DNA of 64,000 bases from Gemmatimonadota bacterium (GTDB lineage Bacteria > Gemmatimonadota > Gemmatimonadetes > Gemmatimonadales > GWC2-71-9): NCBI GenBank assembly GCA_043744895.1, contig JAYTTT010000379.1:59745-123744 (forward strand), written 5' to 3'. The notes under the pieces are model-generated. The model saw only the letters and a list, made by a program, of their open reading frames with translations, was not told the DNA's origin and ran no database searches. Of this stretch, positions 47,144 through 57,266 are shown piece by piece (the first letter of the stretch is position 1; each line of letters begins with the position of its first letter). Made by a program: the position numbers and the translations under genes.

Positions 47144-49266
47144 TCAATGGCCATCGCAAGGCGCCGCCGAGCGTTGCGGCGCTGCGACCAGCCAATGATC
47201 GCGGCACGGACCCGGCCGGCCAGGCGATCCCAGCGGCTCGGATTGATGATAACGTCGGCGCGGTAGAACGACGGGCACAGGGTCGCGGCATGGGCCACCT
47301 CGCCGCAGACCCCGCAGCCAACGCAGGTGTTGTCGACGTAGGCGACGGCGTCGCGCCGCAATCCATCGTCCCGCGACTTGATGGTGAGCGAAGGGCAACC
47401 CGAGAGCCGGATACAGGAATGATCGCCGGTGCAGAGATCCTCATCGATCCCGAACCGCTGCCGGACCACGCGTTTCCCTTCTCGAGCCTGCTGTTTCAGC
47501 TCCGGCGCGATCCGCCGCTGCCGCGTCAGCTGGCACTCGCCCTCGGCCACGATCACCTTGGGTCCCGCGAATGGCGTCGTCAGCGCTTCGCGGAGGGCTG
47601 CCATCGTCCCGCGGATGTCATAAGTGCGCACGGTCCGAACCCAGTCGACGCCGACCCCGCGGACCGCGGTCTCGATCGGGTGACGGCCATCTCGGCTCTT
47701 GATCTCCCCGCGGGAGGACGGAATGTTTTGTCCGCCGGTCGCGGCGGAGTAGCCGTTATCAACGATCACGGTGACGCCGTCGTGCTTGTTGAACACCGCG
47801 TTGGCGATCCCGCTCGTCAGACCGTTATGCCAGAAACCGCCGTCGCCCATCATCGCGATTGGACGCCGCCGGTGGCCCACGTTGAACGCGGCGGAGCTGG
47901 CGGCGCCGAGTCCGTAGCCCATGATGGTGCTGCCGAGGTTGAACGGGGGGAGGGTCGAAAACGAATGGCAACCGATGTCGGCGCTGATATTGACCGGGCC
48001 GAGCTCGCGCTGGAGGAGTTTGATCGACGAAAACAGCGGTCGCTCCGGACAGCCGACGCAGAGGCCCGATGGCCGCGCCGGCACGACGGCCTTGAGCCCC
48101 ACCGGCGGGACCGGCGGCGCGGACGGCGTCAGCGAACCGGGCAGCCAGTCCCGCAGAAACGTTTCGATGCCGGCCTTGATGGCCGCGGTGGTGTACTCGC
48201 CGGCCATCGGGAGGGGACCCTTGCCGACCACCCGGGTGTCGAGGCCGGCCTGGCGGAGCAACTGATTGACCGTCTGTTCGATGAACTCCGGCTGACCCTC
48301 TTCGACCACGAGAATCGCCTGCTTGCCGCCGGCGAATCGGGTCAATTCTTCCGGGATCAACGGATAGGTCACGTTCATCACGTAGAGCGGAATGTCGCTT
48401 TGGCCAAAGGCATCGGCGAGGCCCAGATTCTCGAGCGATCGGAGCACGGCGTTGTAGAGTCCGCCTTGGAGCACGATCCCAACGTTCGGGCGAGTCCCGT
48501 CGAAGAACTCGTTCACCTGGTGCCGCGTGATGTACTCAACTGCCGCGGGCCACCGCGTCATGATCTTGTGCTGCTCTTGGAGGTAGGTGGACGGCGGGAG
48601 GACAATCCGGTCGTAGCTCCGTTCCGGCTTATCGAGAGCATTCTGGACGGTAAAGCCGGGCCTGACATTGTCCGCCGCCATGAAGCGGCCATGGACGTGA
48701 CAAGCCCGAATCCGGAGCATCAACATCACCGGCGTATTGCTGGCTTCGGAGAGCTCGAAGCCGGTCTTCACCATCGCGACGATCGACGGCAGATTGGGAC
48801 GAGGATCGAGGAGCCACATTTGTGATTTCATGGCGAACGCGTGGGTTCGTTCCTGCAGAATGCTGGCCCCTTCGCCGTAGTCCTCACCGACGACGATCAG
48901 CGCCCCCCCGGTTACCCCGGCCGACGCGAGGTTGCCGAGGGCATCCGAGGCGACGTTGGTGCCGACGGTCGACTTCCAGGTCACCGCCCCGCGGAGTGGA
49001 TAGTTGATCGACGCGCTGAGCATCGCGGCCGCGGTCGCCTCGCTGGCGCTGGCTTCGAAATGGACCCCGAGTTCGCCCAGAATGTCCTCGGCGTCGGCGA
49101 GAACGTCCATCAGGTGCGAAATCGGGGCTCCCTGATATCCGCCGACGTACGAGACCCCCGCCTCGAGCAGCGCCTTGGTGACGGCGAGGATGCCCTCGCC
49201 TTCAAACTCTTGCCCGGCGCCGAGCCGGAGCAGCTGGACTTCTTTTGCAAAGGAGCGTTCCGCCAT
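47140..49266 (-). CDS. iorA: Indolepyruvate:ferredoxin oxidoreductase alpha subunit
   Basis: GYQGAP, CVGCPER, DIGCH, TPP-binding GDGG...N and C-terminal Fe-S motifs CTGDHSC...CP and CVGCGVC...CP. Confidence 0.92.
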   Translation of the reverse strand: MAERSFAKEVQLLRLGAGQEFEGEGILAVTKALLEAGVSYVGGYQGAPISHLMDVLADAEDILGELGVHFEASASEATAAAMLSASINYPLRGAVTWKSTVGTNVASDALGNLASAGVTGGALIVVGEDYGEGASILQERTHAFAMKSQMWLLDPRPNLPSIVAMVKTGFELSEASNTPVMLMLRIRACHVHGRFMAADNVRPGFTVQNALDKPERSYDRIVLPPSTYLQEQHKIMTRWPAAVEYITRHQVNEFFDGTRPNVGIVLQGGLYNAVLRSLENLGLADAFGQSDIPLYVMNVTYPLIPEELTRFAGGKQAILVVEEGQPEFIEQTVNQLLRQAGLDTRVVGKGPLPMAGEYTTAAIKAGIETFLRDWLPGSLTPSAPPVPPVGLKAVVPARPSGLCVGCPERPLFSSIKLLQRELGPVNISADIGCHSFSTLPPFNLGSTIMGYGLGAASSAAFNVGHRRRPIAMMGDGGFWHNGLTSGIANAVFNKHDGVTVIVDNGYSAATGGQNIPSSRGEIKSRDGRHPIETAVRGVGVDWVRTVRTYDIRGTMAALREALTTPFAGPKVIVAEGECQLTRQRRIAPELKQQAREGKRVVRQRFGIDEDLCTGDHSCIRLSGCPSLTIKSRDDGLRRDAVAYVDNTCVGCGVCGEVAHAATLCPSFYRADVIINPSRWDRLAGRVRAAIIGWSQRRNARRRLAMAIE

Positions 49267-49413
49267 CGGGATGCCCTCACTCAACGACGGGAATAGGATG
49301 GGCTTAAGATCATCCCGCGTCGCCGGTCCCGCCAGCCTTCGGGGTCGCGAAGTGACGCGAGCACCGGGTCTGAGGTACTAGGTGCGGAGTGACCCCCTGA
49401 GGAGGTGGACGTG

Positions 49414-49893
49414 ATGGTTCGGATCAGCGCGTGGTTCCGCCGGCCCGCTACGCTGGCGACGGCCGGCCTCGTCGGCGCCTGCACGGCCGGAGCCTTCCCC
49501 CCATCCGGGCAGGATTTGACCGAAGGCACCTGGGGCGGGGACAAAGCCGGGGTGATCGCGACCGATACTGCGACCCACGTCCACATCGGCTGTACCTTCG
49601 GCGACATTCCGGGACGGGTGAAAATCGATGGGTCGGGCCGGTTTTCGGTCGACGGAAGCTACATCCTCAGGGCGTTTCCCATCCTGGTCGGGCCGCGGCT
49701 CCCGGCCCAGTTCTCAGGCCGGCTCGTGGGACGAACCCTCACGCTGGCGGTGGCCGTCAACGACACGACCACCGGGAAGGTCGTCGCTCTGGGCCCGGTG
49801 GTCGTGGTCTATGGCAAGGAGCCGGCGCTCGGGCCGTGCCCGATTTGCCGCCGGCCCGGGGGGCTACAGCTTGGCCAGATCACCCACCGCTGA
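49414..49893 (+). CDS. Hypothetical lipoprotein
   Basis: GGAGG RBS; lipobox VGAC; GTWGG, HIGC and C-terminal GPCPIC. Start could be 49405. Confidence 0.65.
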   Translation: MVRISAWFRRPATLATAGLVGACTAGAFPPSGQDLTEGTWGGDKAGVIATDTATHVHIGCTFGDIPGRVKIDGSGRFSVDGSYILRAFPILVGPRLPAQFSGRLVGRTLTLAVAVNDTTTGKVVALGPVVVVYGKEPALGPCPICRRPGGLQLGQITHR

Positions 49894-51669
49894 CGCCAGC
49901 ATGTGGGCCTTCGGCTCGGCTGCCGCGCCTCGGGCGTCTCCGTGGAGCCGGGTCGCCAACTGACTCAAGGCATCGCGCCGGGCCTGCCCTGAGAGCTTTT
50001 CGGCGCGGGCCAGTTCGGATCGGGCGGACCCGATCTTGTCGGTCGCAAGCCCGCGGTCGCGTGCCAGCTGATCGAGGTACGCCCCCACCAGCGAGAAGGT
50101 CGCCGGCCATACCAGTTTGGGCTGCCCTTGGGCGTTCAGATAGTCGAAGCGAACCGTTTTCGCCGCGGCGATCTCATTTGCCGACAAGAAACCACTCGGC
50201 ACCAGCTCGAAGACGTCGAGCCCGCGAGCGATCTCCGAGCTCACCATGTACCCGTTGTACCAATACACCGACCACGACCCGCCGCTCACCAACTTGGTCG
50301 AGTCGACCGGGCCCCGGTCGAAGAAGGCGATTTCGGTCGGCTTGGACGGGTTGGTCCAGTCGAAGATCGAGATCCCGCCCTGATACCACCCTTGCACCAT
50401 CACGTCCCGCCCCGGAATCGGAATCAACGACCCGTTATGCGCGACGCAGTTCTCGAGTGACGTCTGGGCGGCCGGCATCTTGTAGTAACTCTTGAACTGC
50501 ATCTGCCGGTTGGTGATGGTGAAGAGCGCATTGGCGCCCCACTCGTACTTATCGGTGGCGCGGCAGCGCGGCGCCGAACCACCGCCCCACTCGTCGGTGA
50601 AGAGAATCTTCGAGCCGTCGTTATTGAAGGTGGCCGAATGCCAGAACGAAAAGTTCGAGTCGGCCACGGCCCCGATCCGAACCGGATGAGCAACGTCACT
50701 AATGTCGAGCAAGAGCCCGTAGCCACCACAGGCGCCCCCCGCGAGTCCGATGGCCGGATAGACGGTGATATCGTGACACTGGGTCGGGCCGCGACCGGCG
50801 CCGGGCCGGGGTGGCCGGGGCGGACGGCTGGCCGCCCGGGCGATTTCGGCCGAGTCGATCGGATCGGCGTGCCGAGGCGCGACGGCCAAATCCTGAAAGA
50901 TCCGGGGCGAGCTGATGATCTTGGCGTCCTGGGGAGCGGCCAGCGGAACCTTGATGACCTCGATCCGGAACAGCGCCGAGTTGGGATCTTCCTCCGGCAT
51001 CAGACCCGAGCACCCCGGGAGCTCTTCGTTCGGGCGAACCCCTGAGGAACCTGAGATATAGATATAGATGTTGGCCTTGTCCTTGGGATCTTCCACCACG
51101 GTGTGGGTGTGGGAGCCGCGGCAGGTCTGAACGTTGGTGAGGTACTTCGGGTTGGTGATATCGGTGGCGTCGAAGATCCGAATCCCCCGGACCCGGTCGT
51201 GGCTCACTGCTTCCTGAACGCCCTGGGCGCCGCAGTCGAGTCGCCCGGTCAGACCCTCACTCGAGACGAACAGCAGGTTCCCGTAGACCGAGACGTCGCT
51301 CTGCGACGCCGGGCAGAGATACGGCTTCTTGAGCGACGGCCGAGCCGGGTTGCTGATGTCCCAGACGTTAAACCCGTTGTAGTTGCCCTGGATGGCGTAG
51401 TTGCCTCGGAATGCGAGGTCCGAATTACTGGTGGTCTCGAACCCAGGCGGCGTCGGGGCGTTCGACACCAGCCGCATGTTCCAGGCAGCCACCCCCGCCG
51501 TGGTCTTCCCAGGGCGAAGACCGACCCGGGGATCGGGACTCGGCGCCCTGGTCGACATATCGGCGGCCGGGGTTGGGGTGCCGCCCGAACCGGACATCGA
51601 CGACGACGAGCAGGCGGCAAGCGAGAGCGCCCCGGCGACCACCAGAGAGGGCAAGGCATTGCGGTTCAT
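49864..51669 (-). CDS. LVIVD-repeat beta-propeller lipoprotein
   Basis: Lipobox LAAC; NSDLAF, QSDVSV, GSHTHT, CHDITV, FWHSA, DEWGGG and CVAHNG motifs. Confidence 0.85.
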   Translation of the reverse strand: MNRNALPSLVVAGALSLAACSSSSMSGSGGTPTPAADMSTRAPSPDPRVGLRPGKTTAGVAAWNMRLVSNAPTPPGFETTSNSDLAFRGNYAIQGNYNGFNVWDISNPARPSLKKPYLCPASQSDVSVYGNLLFVSSEGLTGRLDCGAQGVQEAVSHDRVRGIRIFDATDITNPKYLTNVQTCRGSHTHTVVEDPKDKANIYIYISGSSGVRPNEELPGCSGLMPEEDPNSALFRIEVIKVPLAAPQDAKIISSPRIFQDLAVAPRHADPIDSAEIARAASRPPRPPRPGAGRGPTQCHDITVYPAIGLAGGACGGYGLLLDISDVAHPVRIGAVADSNFSFWHSATFNNDGSKILFTDEWGGGSAPRCRATDKYEWGANALFTITNRQMQFKSYYKMPAAQTSLENCVAHNGSLIPIPGRDVMVQGWYQGGISIFDWTNPSKPTEIAFFDRGPVDSTKLVSGGSWSVYWYNGYMVSSEIARGLDVFELVPSGFLSANEIAAAKTVRFDYLNAQGQPKLVWPATFSLVGAYLDQLARDRGLATDKIGSARSELARAEKLSGQARRDALSQLATRLHGDARGAAAEPKAHMLASAVGDLAKL

Positions 51670-51682
51670 CGGAAGAGCTCCG

Positions 51683-52294
51683 TCACTGGGGAATGGTGGC
51701 CAGCATCTTTTGCATTCGTTCGATCTCGGTGCTCTGATCGGCGTGAACATCGGAGCCGAACCGAAACACCACTTCGTCCTGCCCTGCGCCGTTCGAGGCG
51801 AACAACTGGTCCACCATCGCGATCGCGCCCTCGTGGTGGCGGATCATGGAGGTGAGAAACAGCCGGTCGTAGGCTGACCCCCGGGTTTGGTCGAGTTGCG
51901 CCAATTCGCCGTCGGTCAGCATGCCCGGCATCAGCATGTCGTGCGGGGCGCCGTTCATCACCATCCGGTGATGGGTGGCGTCGGCCGGAGGCACCGACTG
52001 ACCGCGGTCGCGAAGCCAATTCTGCATCAGCGCGATCTCATCGCGCTGCGCGACGATGATTCGCTGGGCCAGCCTTTGGATGTCGGCGCGGCCGCCATGA
52101 CTTGGGGCCCAGCCGGCAATTTTCACAGCCTGGGCGTGGTGGGGAATCATCCCGGACATGAACTGAACGTCGGCCGCCGACACGGAGCGGTTGACCACCG
52201 GTGCCGGGGATGCGGACGTCGGAGTGCGCCCGGTGCCGCCGCACGCCGCGATCATCCCGGTCGCGAGGATGACACTGGTCGATTGCAAGGTCAT
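51683..52294 (-). CDS. DUF305 (ferritin-like / CopM-like) lipoprotein
   Basis: FMSGMIPHHAQA and FLTSMIRHHEGAIAM double-His repeats; Q..EI..M. Confidence 0.9.
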   Translation of the reverse strand: MTLQSTSVILATGMIAACGGTGRTPTSASPAPVVNRSVSAADVQFMSGMIPHHAQAVKIAGWAPSHGGRADIQRLAQRIIVAQRDEIALMQNWLRDRGQSVPPADATHHRMVMNGAPHDMLMPGMLTDGELAQLDQTRGSAYDRLFLTSMIRHHEGAIAMVDQLFASNGAGQDEVVFRFGSDVHADQSTEIERMQKMLATIPQ

Positions 52295-52418
52295 TCGTCT
52301 CGGGGTTTCAAGCACGCTACGATAATACGCCCGTTTCGGTGGTCCGGTAAGGCGAGGAATCGGTTACGTTCCGCGCTGGCGGCCAAGCGGGGTCCCTCAT
52401 TCGAACCAGGAGTACTGC

Positions 52419-53696
52419 GTGGACATCAATCGACGTCGTTTTCTGCAGGCAGCCGCCGTGAGCGCCGGCACGGTCGCGGCAGGATGCGCCACGCAGGATG
52501 CCGAGGCCGGCGGCGGGGTGCCGGCGGCCATCCGAGCCCTCAAGCCGATGACGGACGGCGTCGTCCCGATCAGCGACGACGAGCGGAAGCAACGGATCGA
52601 CAAGGCCCAGCGCTTGATGGCCGACCACCAGATGGACGCGATCTTCATGGAGGGCGCCACCAGCTGCTTCTACTACACCGGGATGCGGTGGGGCCAAAGC
52701 GAGCGGACGTTTGGTGTGGTGATCCCGGCGGCAGGTAAGCTGGCCTATGTCTGCCCAGGGTTCGAGGAAGATCGGGCCCGCGAGCTGCTCAAGCCCGCCT
52801 TCGGCGATGAGGTCCGGGTGTGGCAGGAGGAAGAAAGCCCCTACGCCGTGATTGCCGGGATCGTGAAGGACCGGGGAGTCAAACACCATCGGATCGGGGT
52901 CGAAGAGCGGGTCCGGTTCTTCGTGGCCGAGGGCATTCGCAAGGCCGCCGCCGGCAGCGAGGTGGTCGAAGCGACGCCGGTGACGGCCGGCTGCCGGATG
53001 TTCAAATCAAAGGCCGAAATTGCTTTGATGCAGCGAGCCAACGACGTGACCATCGCCGCCTATCGGGCGGGGCTGGCCACCTTGCGGGAGGGAATGCCCC
53101 AAGACGAACTCGAGCGCAATCTGGCCGCGGCGTTTCGGGCCCTCGGGTTCCCCGGCTATGCCAGCGCGCAGTTCGGCAAGTGGACCGCGCTGCCCCATGG
53201 GAGCGCGACGCCGCAAAAACTCAAGGAAGGCGACGTGGTGATGGTCGATGACGGGGCGGAGTGCGAAGGTTACGTGTCCGACATCACCCGAACGGTCGTG
53301 TTCGGCAAGGCCACGGCCCGTCAAACCGAGGTCTGGAACAAGGAGCTTGAAGCCCAGACGGCGGCGTTCAAGGCCGTCGAGATCGGGGCGCCTTGCGAGC
53401 GAGTCGACGCGGCGGCGCGCGCGGTGATCGAGAAGGCGGGCTTCGGCCCGGGGTACCGGGTGCCGGGCCTGCCGCACCGGACCGGACACGGCATGGGGCT
53501 CGACGGCCACGAGTGGACCAACTTCGTGAAGGGCAACACCACCCCGATCCAACCGGGAATGTGTTTCAGCGACGAGCCGATGATCTCGATTCCCGGCGAA
53601 TTCGGGATCCGCCTCGAGGACGATCTCTACATCGGGGAGGACGGCCCCCACTTTTTCAGCAAACAGAGCATCGCGATCGACCAGCCGTTCGGGTGA
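52419..53696 (+). CDS. M24 Xaa-Pro peptidase family protein, Tat substrate
   Basis: NRRRFL Tat motif; ALPHG, SDITRT, HRTGHGMGLDGHE, DEP and RLEDD. Confidence 0.93.
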   Translation: MDINRRRFLQAAAVSAGTVAAGCATQDAEAGGGVPAAIRALKPMTDGVVPISDDERKQRIDKAQRLMADHQMDAIFMEGATSCFYYTGMRWGQSERTFGVVIPAAGKLAYVCPGFEEDRARELLKPAFGDEVRVWQEEESPYAVIAGIVKDRGVKHHRIGVEERVRFFVAEGIRKAAAGSEVVEATPVTAGCRMFKSKAEIALMQRANDVTIAAYRAGLATLREGMPQDELERNLAAAFRALGFPGYASAQFGKWTALPHGSATPQKLKEGDVVMVDDGAECEGYVSDITRTVVFGKATARQTEVWNKELEAQTAAFKAVEIGAPCERVDAAARAVIEKAGFGPGYRVPGLPHRTGHGMGLDGHEWTNFVKGNTTPIQPGMCFSDEPMISIPGEFGIRLEDDLYIGEDGPHFFSKQSIAIDQPFG

Positions 53697-53730
53697 CGGC
53701 GTGCGCTCGGCCGGACCCCCGGCAACCTGC

Positions 53731-55236
53731 TTAGGGACTCGGACGGGTATAGATCGGCTTCGCGGGCAACCTGGCGAGGTCGATCACCGCCCCGTCCTTC
53801 ATTACCAGGCCGAGTTTCCAGATGTTGTGGATGTCGGCCAGCGGGTCGGCGTCGAGCAGCAGGAGGTCGGCCGATTTCCCCGGTTCGACCGTGCCGTACT
53901 GCGCCAGCGCCTTCGAGGCCATCGCCCCGTGCTTGGTGGCGGCGACCAGCGCCCCCATCGGGGTCATGCCGAGCTCCACCAATCCCTCGATCGAGTAAAG
54001 AGTGCCGATGCCCGGTTCGCGAGCCCGCCAGGCGCCGGGATCCTTGTCGAACTCGGGCGCAGCACCGAGGTCGTTATCGGTAGCGATCGACACGAGACAA
54101 CCTTCTTTGATCAGCCGCTCGGCGTTGGCCCGATAGACCCGGGGCACGTTGGGCCGGACGGTGGCCTCGAAGATCTCGTGCTGGGTCTGCTTCCGAGCCG
54201 GCCAGGTCCGGGTGCCTCGGGTCCGGTCCTCGGCCTTTTCTTTGCCCTCCTCCTCGGCCCGGCGCCGCTGAGCCAGGTAGTCCCGCCATGACTTGCCGGT
54301 GTGGCTATTGATATTCATCGAGCAGATCACCTTGCGATCGACGAGGAGCCGGACCAACTCGTCGGTGTATGGGGTCTCGAGCACCTCGGGATGCTGGACC
54401 AGATCCACGCCCGCCTCGAGCGCGATGAGGAGGCCTTCGGGCGAAGTGGCGTGGGTCTCCGCCACTTTGCCGCGCCGGTGGGTTTCTTCGACGATGACCC
54501 GGGCTTGGCGGGGAGAGAAGACCAGGGGCGTGGGAAATGAGGTGTGAACCGTCCCGCCGTACTTGACGAAGTCGACGCCCTTGTCGAGATAGCGGTTCAT
54601 CGCCGCCCGGAGGGAGTCCGGACCCATCAGGATCAGATCCTCGCCCGATCCTTCGGTGATGGCGTCGTTGAGCTGCTCCTGCCACAGGTTGACCGGCTTC
54701 CCGGGCCCGAACGTGACCGCAAAGAAACCGCCCCAGCCGACGATGTTGCCCGCCACGTAGAGCCGCGGCCCGACCGCCGCGCCCGCCGCGATGGCATCCC
54801 GCACGGCGAGGAGCGGCTTCATGATGCCGTAGCTGTCGCGAATCGTGGTGATCCCGTGCTTGAGGTGGAGCTGGGCCCCTTCGAGGGTGATGTCGAACCG
54901 CTGATCCTGATAGCGGATGTTCGACTCCATGCTGCCGCCGAGCGAGATATGGACGTTGGTGTCGACGAAGCCCGGCGTGAGGAATTTGCCGGTCGCGTCG
55001 ATCACCCGGGCGCAGGCCGGTACCTTGACCGTGGCCCGCGTCCCCACCGATTGAATGGCTTTACCCTGCACCAGGACGACGGCGTCCGGCACCGGAGGTC
55101 CGCCGTTTCCGTCGATCAGCGTCGCTCCGACGATCGCGGTCCCGCACGGGGCAGCCGAATCGCGACGCTGGGCGGCGGCAGTCTGAATGCCGACGAAGGC
55201 TGCGAGTCCGACCAACCAGATGGCTTGCCAACGCAT
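53731..55236 (-). CDS. Secreted amidohydrolase family protein
   Basis: Signal peptide; PGFVDTNVH, ETHA, ATDN and GKSADLLLLDADPL. Confidence 0.85.
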   Translation of the reverse strand: MRWQAIWLVGLAAFVGIQTAAAQRRDSAAPCGTAIVGATLIDGNGGPPVPDAVVLVQGKAIQSVGTRATVKVPACARVIDATGKFLTPGFVDTNVHISLGGSMESNIRYQDQRFDITLEGAQLHLKHGITTIRDSYGIMKPLLAVRDAIAAGAAVGPRLYVAGNIVGWGGFFAVTFGPGKPVNLWQEQLNDAITEGSGEDLILMGPDSLRAAMNRYLDKGVDFVKYGGTVHTSFPTPLVFSPRQARVIVEETHRRGKVAETHATSPEGLLIALEAGVDLVQHPEVLETPYTDELVRLLVDRKVICSMNINSHTGKSWRDYLAQRRRAEEEGKEKAEDRTRGTRTWPARKQTQHEIFEATVRPNVPRVYRANAERLIKEGCLVSIATDNDLGAAPEFDKDPGAWRAREPGIGTLYSIEGLVELGMTPMGALVAATKHGAMASKALAQYGTVEPGKSADLLLLDADPLADIHNIWKLGLVMKDGAVIDLARLPAKPIYTRPSP

Positions 55237-55346
55237 CGCGATCGCTCCAGGAAATGGGGGGTCTGCCCCATCAACTTGCCGCTGAAGGGCGCCTCTGGGA
55301 AGGATCCCGGCTTGCGGCGCGCGGGTTCGAGACTGACCTTTGCAGC

Positions 55347-57224
55347 ATGCCAATCGCAAAACTGATCGCCGCCGGCCTCGTTGCCGGAGCCGGGGTCGCT
55401 CGCCCCGTACTGGCCCAGGCGCCGGTCCGCACCGAGGTGTTCGAGCAGTCGATCCTCCAGCTCCAGGCCTCGCTCGCGGCGGGCCGCGTCACCTCGGTCC
55501 AACTGGTCGGTGCCTACCTGGCCCGGATCGAAGCCTATGACGTCGGCGGCCCCGGGCTCAACAGTGTCCTGCGCCGAAACCCCCGGGCCGCCGCCGAGGC
55601 CGCCCGGCTCGATCAGGAGCGAAAAGCCGGGCGGATTCGAGGTCCGCTCCACGGAATCCCAGTCGTCATCAAAGACAATTACACCACCGTCGACTTGCCC
55701 ACCAGCGGCGGGTCGTTGGGATTGGCGAGTCTCACCACCCAGGACGAGGGATTCGTGGTCCGCCGGCTCCGCGAGGCCGGCGCCATCATCCTCGGCAAAA
55801 CCAACCTGCATGAGCTGGCGGCCGGCATTACCTCGATCTCTTCGTTAGGCGGGCAGACCCGCAATCCCTACGATCCGCGGCGCTGCCCGGGCGGTTCGAG
55901 CGGCGGCACCGGGGTGGCGGTCGCCGCGAGCTTCGCGGCGGTCGGCTGGGGCAGCGACACCTGCGGATCGATCCGGATCCCGTCGGCCTACAACAGCCTC
56001 TTTGGACTGAGACCCACCCAAGGCCTCGTCAGTCGGGCCGGGGTGATACCCCTGTCCCATACCCAAGACATCCCGGGGCCGCTGGCGCGAACCGTCATGG
56101 ATCTGGCCATCGCGCTCGACCTGAGCGTGGGTTACGACCCAGCCGATTCCACCACCGCCGTGCTCCGCGACCGCTCGGCGCCGCGGTTCGTCGAGGCGCT
56201 TCGGTCCCCCTCACTCAAGGGTGTCCGGCTCGGACTCCTCAGCAACTACCTCGGCGATGCCGACCCCGATATTCGGGACACCGTTCGCGCGGCCGCCGCC
56301 GCGATGAAGGCCGGCGGCGCTGAGTTGGTAGAGGTCACGATTCCGGGCTTCGACTCCCTGGTGGCCGGCACCAGCGTCCTCAACTTCGAAACCAAGTACG
56401 ACTTGATCGATTTTCTGGCCCGGATTCCCGGAGCGCCGGCCGCGTCGCTTACTGAGTTGCTCGACCGGGGCCTCTATCACGACGCCATGGAGATTCGGCT
56501 CCGCCGGGCCGACACGGTGTCGTCCCGCGACAGCGAGGCCTATCGGAAGGCCATGGCTAAGCGGTCGGTCCTCCGCGATCGCATCGTCGCGGTGCTCGAC
56601 AGTCTCCGGCTCGACGCCCTGGTCTATCCGACGATGCAACGGCGTCCGGTCCTGATCGGCGACCCGCAGGCCGGGGGTACTTGCCAGCTGAGTTCGCAAT
56701 CCGGCCTCCCGGCTCTGAGCGCACCGGCCGGGTTCACGGCCGACGGCTTACCCGTCGGCCTCGAACTGATCGGCCGGCCGTTCGACGACGCCCGGCTGGT
56801 GGCGATCGCCGGCGCTTACGAGGCGTCCGGTCCCCGGCGGCGGCCCCCGCCGTTCGCGCCCGCGCTGGTGGCCGGCAAGGCGCCGGCTGTGGTCTCCTTC
56901 ACCGCCACCGCCCGCAGAGCGAAGGTCGCGGCGATCGGCGCCTTCCGGTTCGATCCGGCCCGCGGCGAGCTACACTACGACGTTCGGGTGAGCGGAGTCG
57001 CCCCCGGGGCCATTCAGGCGGTGGTGCTTCGGCGCCGGAGCGGCGGCGCCAGCGGCCCGGTCATCCACCGGATCCTCGGTCCGGGCGCGCTCCAAGGCCG
57101 CGGCGATGTCGTCCTAACCGGCACTAACCGGCTGGCGCTCGACGAAGGCAGGCTCACGATGGAGCTGTTCACCGCCGGCCACGGCGAGGCCGCCGCGTCA
57201 GTGATCCTCACCCCGGCGCGGTAA
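55347..57224 (+). CDS. Secreted amidase with C-terminal CHRD-like domain
   Basis: GPLHGIPVVIKD, GGSSGG and GSDTCGSIRIP; extra C-terminal domain of about 110 aa. Confidence 0.88.
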   Translation: MPIAKLIAAGLVAGAGVARPVLAQAPVRTEVFEQSILQLQASLAAGRVTSVQLVGAYLARIEAYDVGGPGLNSVLRRNPRAAAEAARLDQERKAGRIRGPLHGIPVVIKDNYTTVDLPTSGGSLGLASLTTQDEGFVVRRLREAGAIILGKTNLHELAAGITSISSLGGQTRNPYDPRRCPGGSSGGTGVAVAASFAAVGWGSDTCGSIRIPSAYNSLFGLRPTQGLVSRAGVIPLSHTQDIPGPLARTVMDLAIALDLSVGYDPADSTTAVLRDRSAPRFVEALRSPSLKGVRLGLLSNYLGDADPDIRDTVRAAAAAMKAGGAELVEVTIPGFDSLVAGTSVLNFETKYDLIDFLARIPGAPAASLTELLDRGLYHDAMEIRLRRADTVSSRDSEAYRKAMAKRSVLRDRIVAVLDSLRLDALVYPTMQRRPVLIGDPQAGGTCQLSSQSGLPALSAPAGFTADGLPVGLELIGRPFDDARLVAIAGAYEASGPRRRPPPFAPALVAGKAPAVVSFTATARRAKVAAIGAFRFDPARGELHYDVRVSGVAPGAIQAVVLRRRSGGASGPVIHRILGPGALQGRGDVVLTGTNRLALDEGRLTMELFTAGHGEAAASVILTPAR

Positions 57225-57266
57225 CCGCTTCGGGGGGTGGTTGCTCGACCGGGCCAAAGGAAATCA

